Source: a bacterium (lineage in GTDB: Bacteria; Desulfobacterota; Binatia; HRBIN30; CADEER01). Taken from it: DNA of 64,000 nucleotides. Positions 60,922 through 64,000 of this stretch are shown here, in pieces. The position numbers and the translations under genes were made by a program. The stretch covers positions 6,104 through 70,103 of the forward strand of contig JANNRA010000150.1 of assembly GCA_031401035.1 (NCBI GenBank), given 5' to 3'. Position 1 is the first letter of the stretch. Every line of letters begins with the position of its first letter. Under the pieces are notes generated by a model. The model saw only the letters and a list, made by a program, of their open reading frames with translations. It was not told the origin of the DNA and did no database searches.

Positions 60922-62088
60922 CTAGTCGCGTCCGAGGATGAGCCCACTGGTCGGGCAGCCCGTGCCCGCGGTGACGAGCACGTGCTCGACGCCGTCGACC
61001 TGGTTGCACGATGTGCCGCGGATCTGGCGCACCGCTTCGCTGATGCCGTTCATGCCGTGGATGTAGGCTTCGCCGAGCAGGCCGCCGCTGGTGTTGATCG
61101 GCAGCCGACCGCCGAGCGACAGGTTCTCGATCGTCGCGAAGTCCTTGCCCTCGCCGCGCCCGCAGAAGCCGAGCTCCTCCAGCTGCACCAGCACGAACGG
61201 CGTGAAGTGGTCGTAGAGAAACGCGGTCTGGATGTCGGCGGGGGTCAGGCCGGACTCGGCCCACAGCTTCCTCGCAACCACGGCCATCTCCGGCAGGCCG
61301 ATGATCTCCGGGCGGTAGTAGCTGGTCATCAACTCGCCGTCGTCGGCGGCGCCCTGCGCGGCGGCGACAATCAGAGCCGGCCGCTGGCGCAGATCGCGGG
61401 CGCGCTCCGGGGTCGTCACCACCAACGCGACGCCGCCGTCGCTCTCCTGGCAGCAGTCGAGCAGGCGCAACACCGGCTCGACGATCCAGCGCGAGCGCTG
61501 ATGGTCCTCGAGGGTGATCGGGCGCTCGTAGAACCACGCCGCGGGGTTGGTCGCCGCGTGCCGGCGGTCGACCACCGCGATGCGGCCGAAATCCTCGTTG
61601 GTGACGCCGTGCTTGTGCATGTAGCGGCGCGCGTTCAGCGCCACCCAGCTCGCCGGTGAGAGGAGCCCGTAGGGCCCGTACATGTCGAGAAACGGCGGCA
61701 GCGTCGCGGTCGCCATGCCCGGACCGCCAAAGCGCATCCCGGAGCGCTCGTTGAAGGCGCGGTAGCACAGCACGACGTCGGCGGCGCCGGTGGCGATCGC
61801 CATCGCCGCCTGCATGACGACGGCGCAGGCGGCGCCACCACCGTAGGGAACGCGCGCGAACAGCCCCAGGGCCGGGATGCCGAGATTGCGCGCCACGTCG
61901 ATCTCCTCGCTGGAGTCCATCGTGAAGGTGACCATGCCGTCGACGTCGCGTGGATGCAGGCCGGCGTCGTCGAGCGCCGCCTTGGATGCTTCGCAGGCGA
62001 GCTGCAGCTCGCTGCGCCCCGACGCCTTCGAGAACTCGGTCTGGCCGATGCCGGCGATGGCGGCGCGGTTGCGCAGCGACCGGCTCAT
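60922..62088 (-). CDS. Ltp2-like thiolase-fold aldolase (lipid-transfer protein family)
   Basis: GIGQTEFSKASGRSEL, GGGAAC, LLDCCQESDGG, YDHF, GEAYIHG. Confidence 0.9.
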   Translation of the reverse strand: MSRSLRNRAAIAGIGQTEFSKASGRSELQLACEASKAALDDAGLHPRDVDGMVTFTMDSSEEIDVARNLGIPALGLFARVPYGGGAACAVVMQAAMAIATGAADVVLCYRAFNERSGMRFGGPGMATATLPPFLDMYGPYGLLSPASWVALNARRYMHKHGVTNEDFGRIAVVDRRHAATNPAAWFYERPITLEDHQRSRWIVEPVLRLLDCCQESDGGVALVVTTPERARDLRQRPALIVAAAQGAADDGELMTSYYRPEIIGLPEMAVVARKLWAESGLTPADIQTAFLYDHFTPFVLVQLEELGFCGRGEGKDFATIENLSLGGRLPINTSGGLLGEAYIHGMNGISEAVRQIRGTSCNQVDGVEHVLVTAGTGCPTSGLILGRD

Positions 62089-62525
62089 GCCCCCGCTCCC
62101 GCCAGCGGCAGGCCGACCACCGCCGTTCCCGAGACGTGATCGCCCTGATCATTGGTGGCGCGGAACTCGATCTCGACGATGCCCTCGCCGTCGATCCGCG
62201 ACTTCCCGGTGACCGTCCCGGTGTACGCGAGGGTCGAGCCGGCATAGGCCGGCACGCCGAGGCGAATCGCGATCCGCCGCACCATCGACTGCGGACCGGC
62301 CCAATCCGTCAGGAAGCGGCTGCAGAGGCCGTTGTCGGTCATGATGTTCATGAAGATGTTCGGCGAACCCTGCGAGTTGGCGTAGTCGCGGTCGTGGTGC
62401 ACGGGCATGAAGTCGCGCGTCGCGATTGCGCCGCCGACCACCACCGTGGCGGTCACATCGATGGTCATCGGCGTGATCGGGTCGCCGACCCGGATCGCGT
62501 TCCAGTCGAGCGTTGTCGTTTTCAT
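62085..62525 (-). CDS. MaoC-like enoyl-CoA hydratase subunit (ChsH1-like)
   Basis: AIATRDFMPVHHDRDYA...IFMNI, IRLGVP. Confidence 0.87.
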   Translation of the reverse strand: MKTTTLDWNAIRVGDPITPMTIDVTATVVVGGAIATRDFMPVHHDRDYANSQGSPNIFMNIMTDNGLCSRFLTDWAGPQSMVRRIAIRLGVPAYAGSTLAYTGTVTGKSRIDGEGIVEIEFRATNDQGDHVSGTAVVGLPLAGAGA

Positions 62526-62544
62526 AGGTCGCAGTAAGTCTCCG

Positions 62545-62961
62545 TCAAAGGGTGGGGGCGCCGGCGCTCCGCGGGCGGAACTGGGGCAGCGACACCCCGT
62601 TGTCGAAATGCTCGACGTAGGCCTGCACCGGCATACCGATGGTCACGTCGTCGGGGTCGACGTCGCGGAGGTTCGAGACGATGCGCGTCCCCTCCTCCAG
62701 CTCGACCAAGGCGACGATGTAGGTGCCCTCGAACCACGGCCACTGCGGGTGGCGCGGCAGCACGAAGCTGTACACCGCGCCGCGTCCCGAGGACTCGATC
62801 GTGTCCCAGGCCAGCGAGTGGCAGCGCGGGCACATCGGCCGCGGCGGATGGCGCAGCGCCGCGCAGCCGCAGCAGCGCTGGATCAGCAGTCGACCCTCCT
62901 TCAGGGCGTCCCAGAAGAACAGGGTGTCGGGCGTTGTCGTCGGAGCCAGGCGGTCGCTCAT
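62545..62961 (-). CDS. Stand-alone DUF35 zinc-ribbon/OB-fold protein
   Basis: FFWD..LLIQRC..C...HPPRPMCPRC, SGRGAVYSF, VELEEG. Confidence 0.9.
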   Translation of the reverse strand: MSDRLAPTTTPDTLFFWDALKEGRLLIQRCCGCAALRHPPRPMCPRCHSLAWDTIESSGRGAVYSFVLPRHPQWPWFEGTYIVALVELEEGTRIVSNLRDVDPDDVTIGMPVQAYVEHFDNGVSLPQFRPRSAGAPTL

Positions 62962-63521
62962 TTCAGGAGAGCCTCCAGGTCGGGCTTGAACTTGAGGATG
63001 CGGAACATCTGCCGGCCGACGACCTCGCCCTGCTGGTCGCGGAACGTCGTCACCCAGGTGATGAAATACCCCGGCCCAAGCCGCGTCTGCTTCCGCTCGG
63101 AGACCGACTCGATCACCATCGTCGAGGTGACGACCTCACCGAGGCGCAGATAGCGGATGATGTCGAACTCGGAATTGGTCGCCAACGTGGCGATGAAGCC
63201 GGCCGCGTCGAAGGGCGTGAGCGGATTCTGGGCCCCTTCCGTCGGCGAACCACCGCGCGCCGCGATGCCGCTGATCTTCGGCGTCGGCATGGTCCACGTC
63301 TGCAGCATCAACGGCGGCGCGACGATGCCACCGAAGCGCGATGCCGCCGCGAATGCGGCGTCGGTGTACACCGGATTGTGGTCTTCGAGCGCCGCCGCCC
63401 AGTGCCGGATCATCGGCTGGTTGACGGGATCGGGCGCCAGCGCAGGCGCGCCGACGGGTTGACCGATCAGCGCTCGCATGGCGGCGACTGCCTGCTCCTC
63501 GCGCTGCGTGTCGTCGGACAT
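62958..63521 (-). CDS. MaoC-like dehydratase N-terminal-domain protein (ChsH2 N-terminal-like)
   Basis: DPVNQPMIRHWAAALEDHNPVY, APPLMLQTWTM, RYLRLGE. Confidence 0.87.
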   Translation of the reverse strand: MSDDTQREEQAVAAMRALIGQPVGAPALAPDPVNQPMIRHWAAALEDHNPVYTDAAFAAASRFGGIVAPPLMLQTWTMPTPKISGIAARGGSPTEGAQNPLTPFDAAGFIATLATNSEFDIIRYLRLGEVVTSTMVIESVSERKQTRLGPGYFITWVTTFRDQQGEVVGRQMFRILKFKPDLEALLK

Positions 63522-63568
63522 CAGGTGCTCCCCTCTGGTTTCGAACGTTGTACCATCACGCCGTTCGT

Positions 63569-64000
63569 TCACAGACCGCGCGGTCGCGTGCCGATGACGC
63601 CCGCGGATGCGAGCCCGCGCATCTCCACCGCCGAGAGTCCGAGCATTCCGGACAGGACGCGATCATTGTCGCGGCCGACCGTCGGCGCGGGGGTGCGCAG
63701 CCAGCGCTCGACGCTGGCGAAGCGGAACGGCCATGCCGGCAAGGGCAGGGCGCCGACGACCGGGTGCTCGAGGGCTTCGAAATATCCCCGCGCGCGCAGC
63801 TGTGGGTTGGTCTGTAGCAGCCGGCACGGATCCGCGACCTCGGAGGCCGGGATGCCGAGCCGGCGCAGCTCGGACACCAGCTCGGCCCGCTCGCGCCCGC
63901 GTGTCCACTCGCGCAGCCGCATGTCGATCACGTCGTGCGCCGCGCGGCGCCCCGCGCGGGTCTCGAGCGCCGTATCCATCGCCCACGGCGGGTTGCCGAG
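63569..64000 (-). CDS. Family III CoA-transferase, C-terminal part (runs off window end)
   Basis: NPQLRARGYF...HPVVG...PAPTVGRDN..VL..MLG. Confidence 0.75.
   Translation of the reverse strand, partial: LGNPPWAMDTALETRAGRRAAHDVIDMRLREWTRGRERAELVSELRRLGIPASEVADPCRLLQTNPQLRARGYFEALEHPVVGALPLPAWPFRFASVERWLRTPAPTVGRDNDRVLSGMLGLSAVEMRGLASAGVIGTRPRGL

Overview
High-GC bacterial chromosomal window. The F420-dependent enzymes, steroid/lipid catabolism genes and Cys-rich secreted proteins suggest a deltaproteobacterial-type lineage such as Binatia or Myxococcota (inference only). About 1-47 kb is mostly core or metabolic: proS-pyrF, a compact nuoA-C-D-E-H-J-K-N operon lacking nuoB/F/G/I/L/M, an amgK-murU-like pair, a patatin, lemA-htpX, eno, ftsB, a GcvH homolog with Arg in place of the lipoyl Lys, a RavA/ViaA-like pair, terC, a P450, lexA, a 1085-aa secreted protein with 10 disintegrin-like repeats, an HMGS-like/DUF35 fusion plus thiolase, a Mo-oxidoreductase, ggt and an S8 protease. 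About 47-60.8 kb is an accessory region with small stress-type genes, three internally deleted IS91-family relics and several gene fragments. The window ends in an igr-like (MaoC/DUF35/Ltp2) operon. Two small genes are missing from the ORF track: a 33-aa Lys/Ala peptide and a 50-aa lmo0937-family protein. A shared CRAAC-N4-GTTTG operator lies at three lipid-metabolism promoters. I saw no rRNA, tRNA or CRISPR array. All family calls come from motif recognition by eye, not database searches.
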